Assembly (NCBI GenBank): GCA_030613065.1
Contig: JAUWMQ010000005.1
Location: 1-49,207 of the forward strand
Length of the DNA stretch: 49,207 bases
Direction: 5' to 3'
Source of the DNA: Candidatus Aegiribacteria sp.
GTDB taxonomy: Bacteria; Fermentibacterota; Fermentibacteria; Fermentibacterales; JCC-6
Every line of letters begins with the position of its first letter. The stretch's first letter is position 1. The notes under the pieces were generated by a model. It did no database searches. It was not told where the DNA came from and worked only from the letters and a program-made list of their open reading frames with translations. Made by a program: the position numbers and the translations under genes. Positions 27,930 through 36,836 of this stretch are shown here, piece by piece.

Positions 27930-29330
27930 TTAACATATTGCTACAGCAGGAGATAGGTTTTCATTGATTTCAGACGGAATCAGCGTATATCCCATCTGAG
28001 ATGCCGTTCGCTTCAGGTTCTTCAAGACTCGATCTTTGTACTGGCTTTCATAGTAATCCTGACCCTGTTCAACAAATTCCATTCCGTTTTTCAGCATGCT
28101 GTAAATCAGTCTCGCCAGCTTGTGAGCTGTGGCGGTGATCGCTTTAGGTGATCCGTGCCTTGCCCGCATCCGGCGATGGTACGCTCCTATTGCACTCTTG
28201 GAGTTCGTCACTGCAAAAGCTGACATTCTCAGGGCTAAAGCGGCTCTGTTTGCCGTTCGTTTTGTTTTTTTGCTTAACACTTTTCCACCGGAGACATTCG
28301 TGCCCGGGCTGAGGCCGAGCCATGAGGAAAAATGCTTTTCTGTTTTCCATCGACTCATGTCTGTGCCTATCTCTGAAATTATCTTAAGAGCTGTAACTTC
28401 GCTGATACCGGGTATACTTGTAAGGTCTACTCCGGTTATCCGAAAAAGCTCCTCCCGAACATTGAATGATGGAGCGCTGGCTGACTTTCTGTCTTTGGAG
28501 GGTGGCAGTGAATTGGAGTCTGCATTTGATTCAAATGTATCCAAAAGCTTTGCGATCGCAAGGTCGCATTCATGAATCTTCCCCTGATAGGTCTCGTAAA
28601 GATCCAGAGATTGTTGCAGTGCCAGAATGTATTCATCACGGTAATGACCGTGCAGAGATTCCGATATTTCTTCTTCACTTTTCTTGCATCGCACATCTCT
28701 ATGAACCGCAAGTTTGTCAGGATCCCTTTCTCCATCCAGAATTGCACGGATAATGGTCATACCGGTTTTGCCGGTGATATCGCTGACAACATTGTCGAGC
28801 AACAGATTCATTTGCCGCAGAGCTTTCTGCATATGCTGAATATGAGCACTGGCATACTTTATCAAAGAATCCCTCTGCCGCATATAGGCCCGAAGTGAGG
28901 TAATATGTTCAGGTGGGCGAAAGGCTCCCTGCAGCAATCCGTATGTGTGCAACTGCTGCAGCCACTGACAGTCCAGCACATCACTTTTCCGTCCTGAAAC
29001 ATTCTTAACATTGCGTGCATTTACCAGAAGCACTTCAAGCCCTGACTCCTCAAGAATCTCATATGCCGGAATCCAGTAAATACCGGTTGATTCCATCGCG
29101 ACTGTCTCAACCCCTATTTTAACAAGCCAGGCAGCCATTTTCTTCAGGTCACCGGTGAAGCAGGAAAATGACCGTACAGGTTCTGTATCCAACCCCTCGG
29201 GAACGGCCACATAATGCATCTGCGAACCTATATCTATCCCTGCAGCATAAAGATTAACCTGCTCAAGATGTTTGCTCAGCCTGTTTCTTTTCCGGACAGC
29301 ATTCGGATCAGTCTTCTTCTTGCCTTTCAT
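27930..29330 (-). CDS. IS110-family DEDD recombinase/transposase
   Basis: GIDIGS, VAMESTGIYW, GRKSDVLDC (DEDD RuvC domain); LTSIPGI, WLGLSP...SGGK (Ser of the Tnp domain), ITATAHKLAR; GGAGG RBS before ATG 29330. Confidence 0.95.
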   Translation of the reverse strand: MKGKKKTDPNAVRKRNRLSKHLEQVNLYAAGIDIGSQMHYVAVPEGLDTEPVRSFSCFTGDLKKMAAWLVKIGVETVAMESTGIYWIPAYEILEESGLEVLLVNARNVKNVSGRKSDVLDCQWLQQLHTYGLLQGAFRPPEHITSLRAYMRQRDSLIKYASAHIQHMQKALRQMNLLLDNVVSDITGKTGMTIIRAILDGERDPDKLAVHRDVRCKKSEEEISESLHGHYRDEYILALQQSLDLYETYQGKIHECDLAIAKLLDTFESNADSNSLPPSKDRKSASAPSFNVREELFRITGVDLTSIPGISEVTALKIISEIGTDMSRWKTEKHFSSWLGLSPGTNVSGGKVLSKKTKRTANRAALALRMSAFAVTNSKSAIGAYHRRMRARHGSPKAITATAHKLARLIYSMLKNGMEFVEQGQDYYESQYKDRVLKNLKRTASQMGYTLIPSEINENLSPAVAIC

Positions 29331-29365
29331 CGTACTTTCCTCCATAGTAAGGTGGTTAAATATGG

Positions 29366-29513
29366 GCGTGCAAGGGTGCGGAGTGATCGTAATGCGCACT
29401 CTTCCAAAACGGGATCGCAAAGCGTCACCGATGATGTTGTCGCTCACTCCAGACCACGCTATTTGTCGGGTATAATACGCCAATGATTAGACGGTCTTTG
29501 TACCCCTGCACGC
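29366..29513 (-). ncRNA. Predicted IS110 bridge RNA
   Basis: Outer stem 29366-79/29500-13 encloses two stem-closed loops (29380-86/29444-50 and 29451-55/29493-97) containing segments that match the element junction and the target flanks. Confidence 0.72.
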
Positions 29514-29519
29514 TCTCTA

Positions 29520-29548
29520 AAGATAATCCATACAATGATAAGGCTCAA
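29520..29548 (-). promoter_or_regulatory. Sigma70-like promoter for the bridge RNA/transposase
   Basis: Minus strand TTGAGC-N17-TATCTT; predicted +1 near 29513 coincides with the start of the outer stem. Confidence 0.5.
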
Positions 29549-29644
29549 GTTACTTATAGATGTAGGCTCGTCCGCGGGCTGGGACGCTATTTGAACTTCA
29601 GGAGTGAGTGCTGTTGTTTATTGCCGTCAGACAAGATATTGATT

Positions 29645-29692
29645 TTGACATTGAATTCTGTGGTACCTATAATAGGGTCGTAGAATAGGTAC
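29645..29692 (+). promoter_or_regulatory. Consensus sigma70 promoter with an overlapping operator for the TA operon
   Basis: TTGACA (29645-50)-N17-TATAAT (29668-73); inverted repeat GTACCTAT (29663-70) / ATAGGTAC (29685-92). Confidence 0.75.
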
Positions 29693-29718
29693 TGATAATA
29701 GGGATCGAAAGGGGCCGT

Positions 29719-29952
29719 ATGCTGCAGGCGAAATTCAGTGTAGAAGAAATGCAGGCTGAATTCCTGAGTGAATTCAAGACCTACGGGTTTAAGGACAGGA
29801 GCGCCATGGTCAGAATGGCTATAACTCTTTTCAAGAAGAAAATGGAACTTGAAAGCCTTAAGAAATCTGCTGACCTGTATTCAGAGATCTATTCTCTGAA
29901 TGATGATCTTAAGGAATTGACCGAAACAGCAGTAACTGGATGGCCGGAATGA
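29719..29952 (+). CDS. Antitoxin, ribbon-helix-helix-like
   Basis: 77 aa; GFKDRSAMVRMAI RHH-like helix; acidic C-terminus; ATGA overlap with the toxin. Confidence 0.7.
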   Translation: MLQAKFSVEEMQAEFLSEFKTYGFKDRSAMVRMAITLFKKKMELESLKKSADLYSEIYSLNDDLKELTETAVTGWPE

Positions 29953-30308
29953 CGGTGTTGAAAAGAGGAATGGTTATTGATGTAAATCTTGATCCTTCAA
30001 AGGGTTCGGAAACCGGGAAAATCAGACCCTGTGTAATTGTAACCAATGATATTTACAATGAAAGAGTTCCGGTTATTCAGGTTGTTCCGATTACTGAATG
30101 GAGTGCGAAAAAAGCACGGATAATGACCAATGTCGAAATTCTTCCCTCAGCGGAGAATGGGCTCTCGAAAAAATCAATTGCGGACTGCCTGCAGACACGT
30201 CCAATCGATCATAGTCACAGAATGGTTAGAATTCGCGGGAAACTATCATCTGGCGAAGTAAAGGAAATTAATAAATCACTCAGAATTCTATTTGAACTTC
30301 AGGACTGA
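29949..30308 (+). CDS. mazF: PemK/MazF-family endoribonuclease toxin
   Basis: KRG...VNLDP..GSE.GKIRPCVIVTND..N, VVPIT, NGLSKKS. Confidence 0.92.
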   Translation: MTVLKRGMVIDVNLDPSKGSETGKIRPCVIVTNDIYNERVPVIQVVPITEWSAKKARIMTNVEILPSAENGLSKKSIADCLQTRPIDHSHRMVRIRGKLSSGEVKEINKSLRILFELQD

Positions 30309-30476
30309 ACGCCCATGAGAAACTCGAGTATGTAGATCTGAGTTGCAATGAATCAGAGCAGTACGATTGAATGCGCAGCTCGGATGAAATAAGCTTTGCA
30401 TTCTTCACATTTGAAAGGCACAAGAATCCGGGGCATGGATTCCTTAACTCGATACTGGAAAATACTGTTAATCGCT

Positions 30477-32327
30477 TTACCGTTCCGCGATTACTACTAT
30501 CCTTGTATCGATATCATCGGGTAATTCATCCGGTTTCCCAGGGTTCAGGCAGACCTCTGCTTCACAGCCAGTTCCGGTAAGCCAGCCTAGAACTATTTCC
30601 CCGCGTTCCAGACCCTCAGCCGATAGCTGAGCGAATGACCGGGAGCTGTAAGCGGAAAGGCATCTCAGCTGGATCTCACAGCCGGAGGGGTCGAATATCT
30701 CCTCGTATACGCTACCAAGACAGGGTTCCAGTACCAGTTGTGCCATTATCATACTGCATACCTCGTTGGATATGACAAAATCATCTATCCCGGCAGCGGA
30801 AGCAAGGAGTCTGTTCCTCGGATTCCTTATCTCGGAAACCACGGTGCCCTTCCATGAATCCCCCAGCTTATCAGCGATATTCCTCAGTATCAGGAGCGTG
30901 ATGATGCATTCCGAGTCTGCGCTTTCATCTGACATTCCCGCTGCTTTCCCGGATATCACCATGATGCTGTCATACTTTTCCGGATGAAGTTCTTCAAGCC
31001 GGTCGGGATCGGTTCTTTCCGTCTGCACATACTCGACGTTACAGTTTACTGTTCCAACTTCGGAGAGAAGAGCTTCTCCCTCTTCCTGTGGCAAAGATCC
31101 GGCAACGAGTATCCCGCCTCCCTCCATCGAGTAGGCGTCCAGAAGGCCAAGCATGAAACTGAATTTTCTGCTGTTTCCTGAGAAGATAAGCATGCTAAGC
31201 TGCTTCCTGCATGTATCCACGCTTGATCTCTCGAATTTCCCGGTTGAAACAGGCTCATCTTCAAAAGCATAGGATCTGGAGTTCTCCGCCAGAAGAAGAA
31301 GCCTGTCCCCCGGATTCAGCTTCATATAAGGTTCAGGATTGATCCATATCTTTCCGGCGGATTGTATACCGATGGCAATCCCACTATGGATTCTGTTCGC
31401 TATCTCCCTGAACGTGCAGTTCTCCACCTCGGGGCATTTGTTCAGATAGAACTCGTTCCGATCGAAGCTCAGTACTTCATTGTAGACCGCACTCAGTCCG
31501 GGCTGCCTGCTGACCTGCACGACCAGGCGCATGACGATCTCACGTACAGGGAGCCAGTGGATATCACTGTAAGCCATTTCTGCTATCCTTCTCGTTGGCC
31601 TGTTACGCAATTCACAGACTCCCACAGGATGGCTGTTCTTAATTATGGAATTAACGGCAACCAGGGTTTTAAGTATTTCACCGTCATCATCGCCTACGAT
31701 GACGAAACCCGCGCATTTCTGAAAACAGGGCAGCTGCAGGGAGTCAACATCGGTTGTATTGCCCGAGCGGCAGATGACCCTGCGTATACTCTTTCTTCCA
31801 AGGCGCTGAATGAGAGTCTCTTCAATCTCCTCGCGCGTAATACTTGAAAAGATCACGATCTTGCCCTTGATTGAATCTTCCTCGTGAGCTTTAATAAGTT
31901 CCCTGGTTACTTCGAAAAGCCTGTCTCCATCTCCGCATACGATGTAGTGGCCCTTCTCAAGGATCGGAGATTTCCCCCTTTTCAGGGCGTCAAGCTGTTC
32001 GGTGATCTTGGAGGAGAGAATGCCGATAAGAAGGGAGAGAACAAGAATGCCGCCAATAGTGACCAGAACACCCACCATTGCGATCTGTGGATTGCAGTTG
32101 TCGTTAATAAAGGTTCCCTGGTCCAGCAGTCTGGTGAATGACCACCAGAAGCTGTCGGGGGTAAGGTCACTCACCAGAACCATTCCTGTAACGATTATCA
32201 ATCCGGAAATTGTGAAGAGAACAAGTATCTGCCAGACAGGATTCCTGATCAGAAGATTGTTTATAAAGTATCTGATCCTGCTCCCGGGTGTATTGCTCCT
32301 CATTTTGTCCTTCTTGAGGAACATCAC
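30477..32327 (-). CDS. CASTOR/POLLUX-like cation channel with two RCK domains
   Basis: TM-pore(SFWWSFTRLLDQG)-TM; LKRGKSPILEKGH, VICRSG, RQPGLSAVYNEVLSFD, DDFVISNE, EIFDPSGCEI. Confidence 0.78.
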   Translation of the reverse strand: MMFLKKDKMRSNTPGSRIRYFINNLLIRNPVWQILVLFTISGLIIVTGMVLVSDLTPDSFWWSFTRLLDQGTFINDNCNPQIAMVGVLVTIGGILVLSLLIGILSSKITEQLDALKRGKSPILEKGHYIVCGDGDRLFEVTRELIKAHEEDSIKGKIVIFSSITREEIEETLIQRLGRKSIRRVICRSGNTTDVDSLQLPCFQKCAGFVIVGDDDGEILKTLVAVNSIIKNSHPVGVCELRNRPTRRIAEMAYSDIHWLPVREIVMRLVVQVSRQPGLSAVYNEVLSFDRNEFYLNKCPEVENCTFREIANRIHSGIAIGIQSAGKIWINPEPYMKLNPGDRLLLLAENSRSYAFEDEPVSTGKFERSSVDTCRKQLSMLIFSGNSRKFSFMLGLLDAYSMEGGGILVAGSLPQEEGEALLSEVGTVNCNVEYVQTERTDPDRLEELHPEKYDSIMVISGKAAGMSDESADSECIITLLILRNIADKLGDSWKGTVVSEIRNPRNRLLASAAGIDDFVISNEVCSMIMAQLVLEPCLGSVYEEIFDPSGCEIQLRCLSAYSSRSFAQLSAEGLERGEIVLGWLTGTGCEAEVCLNPGKPDELPDDIDTRIVVIAER

Positions 32328-32530
32328 TTATTCCTTTTTCGCTCCCCAATGAAGTGATGCGCAAGGTATCCCATTGCAAAACCGATTATGGCAACGAAGA
32401 AGATAAGGATTATCATGGACATGCTCAGCTTCCAGAAGAGAAGATGAAGCTCCGCTACATTTGAATTCTGAACTACGATGACAGTAAGCAGGATCGCCAG
32501 GATTAGAATTGCGACCATCTTTGGCTTCAT
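32324..32530 (-). CDS. LapA/DUF1049-family small membrane protein
   Basis: Two TM helices separated by VQN...LHLLFW. Confidence 0.75.
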   Translation of the reverse strand: MKPKMVAILILAILLTVIVVQNSNVAELHLLFWKLSMSMIILIFFVAIIGFAMGYLAHHFIGERKRNK

Positions 32531-32829
32531 AACAAACCATCCTAACCTTGTTATACTGAAATGGGGACTGTTCCGGTTACCCGTCTGTTCGTACGATCAT
32601 TATAACTATCGATAATAATAAGTTTAATCCTGTCACGCACTCCGAACCTCTTACATCACACAAACGGGCCTGACTTATCAAGGGGGTCTACTAATTTATG
32701 TAGTCCTGAGTTTGTGTTAACCTGGAGAAGAGCCTAAGTAAACAAATATTCAAGCTTTGCTGACACCACTTGAGCACCAGATTCAAATTATTTTTGAAAT
32801 ACTGCTCTCTGTCAGCGTTGATGCTGTTA

Positions 32830-33897
32830 CTATGCATCTTCGAGTTCGCGGAGAAGCTCCTGAATAAGATCGGTAACAGTAGTAATTTCGTTAACGCGAT
32901 GCGCGTTCTGCCCGCAGAAAATGAGGCCGTTATCCACATCACCAAAATAGGAATTCAGAAGCGCCAGTGCGATACAATATCTCGCAGTTTCGACTTTGCA
33001 GGCAGTAAGGCATCTGTAAGGACAGGATATTTTTAGTTTTCCCTTAACTTCAAGATCCTTTAAAAATTGATTATTTATCGCCCGGCCAGGCATACCAACA
33101 GGACTTTTTATGATAACAATGTCCTCTTCTTTGGCATCAAGATAAGCCTGCTTGAATTGCGGTGACACACCGCATTCCTTGGTACAGACAAAGCGTGTTC
33201 CCATCTGAACACCTGAAGCTCCGAGAGAGAGCATTCGCGCAATATCTTTTCCGGTGTAAATACCGCCTGCGGTGATAACAGGAATTTTCTTTCCGTGTTT
33301 ATCTTCGTAAGGTTTAATAGTTTCCAAGACTTCAGGCAGAAGCTTTTCAAGAGAGTAATCCTCCGGATGTTCCAGTTGTTCAGCTGAAAAACCGAGATGT
33401 CCTCCGGCCAGAGGTCCTTCCAGGATCAACGCATCGGCGATTCTTTCATATCGTCTGTCCCAGGTTCGAAGGATTAATTCAGCTACTCTGGCGGAACTGA
33501 CTATGGGTACAAGGTTTACACCGGGGTCAGGGACTAATGTCGGAAGCCTCGTTGGTAATCCGGCGCCGAAGACGATCAGCTTAATTCCCTCTTGTACCGA
33601 AGCTCTGATAAGATCATCCACGTTGCTGAGCACACCCATGAAGTTTACCGCGATATGGCCATCTGTCATCCTCCTGGCTTTGCGGATCTCATTTATTAAT
33701 GCCTCCAGGGATGTTCTTTCACAGACCTCTGCCGAACCTTCTATATTCCCTAAACCGATACACGAAATTGTGCCGATCCCGCCTTGATTTGCAACTGCTG
33801 AAGCCAGCGAGGAAAGTGAAACCCTGACTCCCATACCCCCTTGAACAATAGGTAATTTTGCGGATAATTGCCCGATTCGAAGCTCAGGAATTCTCAT
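32830..33897 (-). CDS. Nitronate monooxygenase/FabK-like flavoprotein with a C-terminal 4-Cys motif (FabX-like)
   Basis: PIVQGGMGV, GAGLP, EGPLAGGH, AGGIY, GVQMGTRF, SPVGMPGRA; CPYRCLTAC...YCI; GGAG RBS before ATG 33897. Confidence 0.82.
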   Translation of the reverse strand: MRIPELRIGQLSAKLPIVQGGMGVRVSLSSLASAVANQGGIGTISCIGLGNIEGSAEVCERTSLEALINEIRKARRMTDGHIAVNFMGVLSNVDDLIRASVQEGIKLIVFGAGLPTRLPTLVPDPGVNLVPIVSSARVAELILRTWDRRYERIADALILEGPLAGGHLGFSAEQLEHPEDYSLEKLLPEVLETIKPYEDKHGKKIPVITAGGIYTGKDIARMLSLGASGVQMGTRFVCTKECGVSPQFKQAYLDAKEEDIVIIKSPVGMPGRAINNQFLKDLEVKGKLKISCPYRCLTACKVETARYCIALALLNSYFGDVDNGLIFCGQNAHRVNEITTVTDLIQELLRELEDA

Positions 33898-35143
33898 ATG
33901 AATCTCCATATTTCTTTATCACAAGGCAGGCGTTGCCCCCGCCAAAACCAAACGAATTGCTCAATGCAGCATTTAGATCAAGTGATTCAGCGCCATTGGT
34001 AACATAATCAAGAGTGCAATCAGTATCAGGTTCTTCATAATGAATGGTAGGAGGGATCATACCGGTAAAAACACTCATTACGGTCGCCACGAACTCCACA
34101 GATCCAGCGCCTGCTAAAAGATGACCAATCATTGATTTAATTGAACTGACTTTCAAAATATCCGCATGTTCACCGAATACTTTTTCAATAGCTGTACTCT
34201 CACATTTATCATTTAAAACAGTTGAGGTTCCGTGAGCATTAATATAACCAATTTCTTCAGCATCCATACCAGCGTCATCCAGCGCTGCATTCATAACCCG
34301 GACCATTCCATCGCTCTCGGGTTCTGGTGCCGTAATGTGATAGGCATCGGCCGTGTTACCATAACCAACGATTTCAGCGTAGATATTCGCCCCTCGATTT
34401 AATGCGTGCTTCAGATTTTCCAGAATAACAATCCCTGCTCCTTCACCCATCACAAAACCATCACGGTTCTTATCAAAGGGTCTGGAGGCATTTTCCGGAT
34501 AATCATTGGAAGTCATGGATCGTGTAGCGCAAAAACATCCCCAGGGTAGCGGGTTTATACATGCTTCCGAACTGCCTGCGAGCATGATGTCGGCATCGCC
34601 TCTCTGAAGAATCCGAAAAGCATCACCGATAGCGTTTGATCCTGTAGAACAGGCCACAGAGGGAGCAGAGAGGGGACCTTTAAAACCGTATTTAATTGAA
34701 ACCATGCACGCTGCCATATTGATGAGCAGCCTGGAGACAAAGAACGGATTCATACTTCTGGGTCCTTTTTCAAGAAGTATGGTATAGCCATCTTCGATAG
34801 CCTGCGCACCACCAATCCCGGAACCGATGATCACACCCGCTCTATTATTGTCAAATGAGATTGTATCCAATCCCGCATCTTTAATCGCCATGGCGGATGC
34901 AGCGAGTCCAAACTGAGTGAATCGATCCATACGCCTCGACGATTTTCTGTCAATCCATTCTTCAACTTGAAAATCCTGTACCTCAGCCGCGAGCTTTGAA
35001 GTAAAATCCGTTACATCAAAATTAGAAACTTTCGCAATTCCATTTCGTCCAGCCATTAATCCTTCACAAAAATCCTTTACACCTATACCGATCGGTGTTA
35101 CAACACCCAAGCCTGTGACAACAACCTGATGTTCGTTCATCAT
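33884..35143 (-). CDS. fabF: Beta-ketoacyl-ACP synthase II
   Basis: VVVTGLG, ACSTG (Cys), RPFDKNRDGFVMGEG, INAHGTST, GHLL, NSFGFGG. Confidence 0.93.
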   Translation of the reverse strand: MMNEHQVVVTGLGVVTPIGIGVKDFCEGLMAGRNGIAKVSNFDVTDFTSKLAAEVQDFQVEEWIDRKSSRRMDRFTQFGLAASAMAIKDAGLDTISFDNNRAGVIIGSGIGGAQAIEDGYTILLEKGPRSMNPFFVSRLLINMAACMVSIKYGFKGPLSAPSVACSTGSNAIGDAFRILQRGDADIMLAGSSEACINPLPWGCFCATRSMTSNDYPENASRPFDKNRDGFVMGEGAGIVILENLKHALNRGANIYAEIVGYGNTADAYHITAPEPESDGMVRVMNAALDDAGMDAEEIGYINAHGTSTVLNDKCESTAIEKVFGEHADILKVSSIKSMIGHLLAGAGSVEFVATVMSVFTGMIPPTIHYEEPDTDCTLDYVTNGAESLDLNAALSNSFGFGGGNACLVIKKYGDSYENS

Positions 35144-35285
35144 TAGAAATTCCTTCTTATAGTGCCGAGCAACATCAAATCAATGCAAATTCTTCTGAAG
35201 ATTTGAATGAATTGTTCTGAAAAAACATACTGATAATATATGGCATTTTATCAACCATCGCCAAGAACTGCTCAACTCCAAGCCG

Positions 35286-35675
35286 TTAAACATGCTGTTT
35301 GACGATCTTGACCCACCGCCTTCTCCATTCAGGAGCTTCAAAGTTATCCGGCCAGAATTCTGTTTGTCTGGTGATTAACCCATTCTCTACTGTATGGAAT
35401 GTTATCGCTCTGGCACTGACTGTACCATCTGTAACATCAACATCACTTACCACTTGATTACCCTCAGAAATAATTGAATTGATGTGAAATTTCCATGTGT
35501 CCTTTGCAGGATAATTAGTATTTATCTCAGCGAAATTTATTCTGCCAACGATCAATTCTGAGGATTGAGGCCAGTAGCATTCGAAATCTTCAGAGAGCCA
35601 TTCACTTGCCTTGTAGAAGTCATTGCTTTCCGTTGCCTTCCAAAACGCGATTACCACTTCCTTAGCGCTCATCAT
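35286..35675 (-). CDS. SnoaL-like / NTF2-family protein
   Basis: AGGAGG RBS; WPQSSE.I.GR.NF..IN..YP, EFWPD..EAPEWR. Confidence 0.8.
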   Translation of the reverse strand: MMSAKEVVIAFWKATESNDFYKASEWLSEDFECYWPQSSELIVGRINFAEINTNYPAKDTWKFHINSIISEGNQVVSDVDVTDGTVSARAITFHTVENGLITRQTEFWPDNFEAPEWRRRWVKIVKQHV

Positions 35676-35704
35676 ATTTCCTCCTTGCTGCCCTGCATAT
35701 GAAA

Positions 35705-36025
35705 TCACCGCCGCTTGGTAGCGTCCGCATATCTTCCCCAGTTCAGGATGAAAACGAGAAGGGCAGTTGAAGCCGTTGCCAGGTTATTCAAGCCGGATTG
35801 GATCTGATACGCGCGATCAGGTTTATACCCGATCTTCTCAGAACCCGCCTCGCCCAGTATCAAAGATTCAAATGCAACCGTTCCTGACATGATAAGTACC
35901 ATGACAGGTCCCAGAATATGAAAAGTTGATACGGCATCGGTACCAAGATATTTTGCAAGAAAATACGTAAGCACGATAAGAGCAGGTCGAATCCACTCCA
36001 TCATCTTCGAAAGCTGTTTCTTCAT
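35705..36025 (-). pseudogene. Probably truncated membrane protein (DUF6790-like)
   Basis: GAGG RBS, three hydrophobic segments and YQIQSGLNNLA, then an abrupt ...YADATKRR* end. Confidence 0.45.
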
Positions 36026-36385
36026 TTTCTCCCCCTCTTAATTGCAAACTTGCAAGTTCTGGATGCACTTGAACAGTGCGAACGCCATTGCTTTATCTTA
36101 CAATACGAATTACAGTGAGTTAAAGTATTCGCTGAATATTAATATTATGCTTCTTCACATTAAATCCTTCTGAAGACCTCTACACCAAACGCTTCAAATC
36201 AGCAGACTGTGAATACATAGTTATCTGATTCTGGATTACAGTTCTACTGAATTTAGTATGTTCGCTATTCAACGCGTTCGAATCCAAATACTCGCTTATT
36301 CTACCTGATCATACATCCAAGAAGCATCAAATTTAAGCTTGGAGTAATCCTGCGAACAAAGGCAACATATTAAATATAACAATTT

Positions 36386-36631
36386 TTACAATTGGGTCGG
36401 ACAAGAATCGCTTTCAGGTAGTAAATTCTGCGGGAAACCCACATGACGTAAAAGGCGAAGTGCGTTGCTCCGGTCAACAATTCCCTCCTGCAGCTTATAA
36501 TCAAAGGCAATTGAACCCTCCTGTATTTCTTCAGTAAAATAGAAGTTATCATATTCCTTAGCAAGATTGCGTGAGATGTCCTGCTCATGTGTAGTAACTA
36601 TAATGAGTGAATCACTTCTAATCAGAGACAA
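36386..36631 (-). pseudogene. C-terminal remnant of a MutS-domain-V ATPase
   Basis: IVTTHE...NFYF.E......FDYKLQEGIV..SNALRLL..VGFP is the MutS_V tail; Walker A/B and a credible start are absent. Confidence 0.7.
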
Positions 36632-36800
36632 ATGTTATTCCGGTTCGCAGTGGATCACACTTTTTGTTACCGAAAATGAAACTGACGCTGGACACGGAGT
36701 ATAAAAGCATAGCGACTGCCAGAGTTATCATCCTGTGGTGAAGAGTATTAGGAGCTATGTAAGGAGCTACCTGGATTTGCAGGATGATGAATAGTATCCG

Positions 36801-36829
36801 TTGACGATATGAAGGTATTATCATATAAT
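36801..36829 (+). promoter_or_regulatory. Sigma70 promoter with an embedded SahR-type operator
   Basis: TTGACG (36801-06)-N17-TATAAT (36824-29); 20-bp palindrome ATATGA-N8-TCATAT (36807-26); ATG only 7 nt downstream. Confidence 0.75.
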
Positions 36830-36836
36830 CATATCT

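Larger units (their letters stand above)
27912..29588 (-). mobile_element. IS110-family insertion sequence (complete)
   Basis: CT core at 27912-13 and 29587-88; sub-terminal inverted repeat AAGTAACTT (27917-25) / AAGTTACTT (29547-55); ends supported by matches to guide segments in the non-coding end. Confidence 0.8.
29587..30304 (+). repeat. 17-bp direct repeat CTATTTGAACTTCAGGA flanking the TA module
   Basis: Exact copies at 29587-29603 and 30288-30304, each followed by (G/C)TGA. Confidence 0.8.

Noticed and set aside
29331-29483. 51-aa N-terminal extension of the IS110 transposase
   Set aside because: The region folds as the predicted bridge RNA, and a GGAGG RBS precedes ATG 29330.
29567-29568. 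Alternative IS110 end at the CT nearer the sub-terminal repeat
   Set aside because: The guide segments match the junction at 29587-88 (GACG-CT-ATTTG), not this one.
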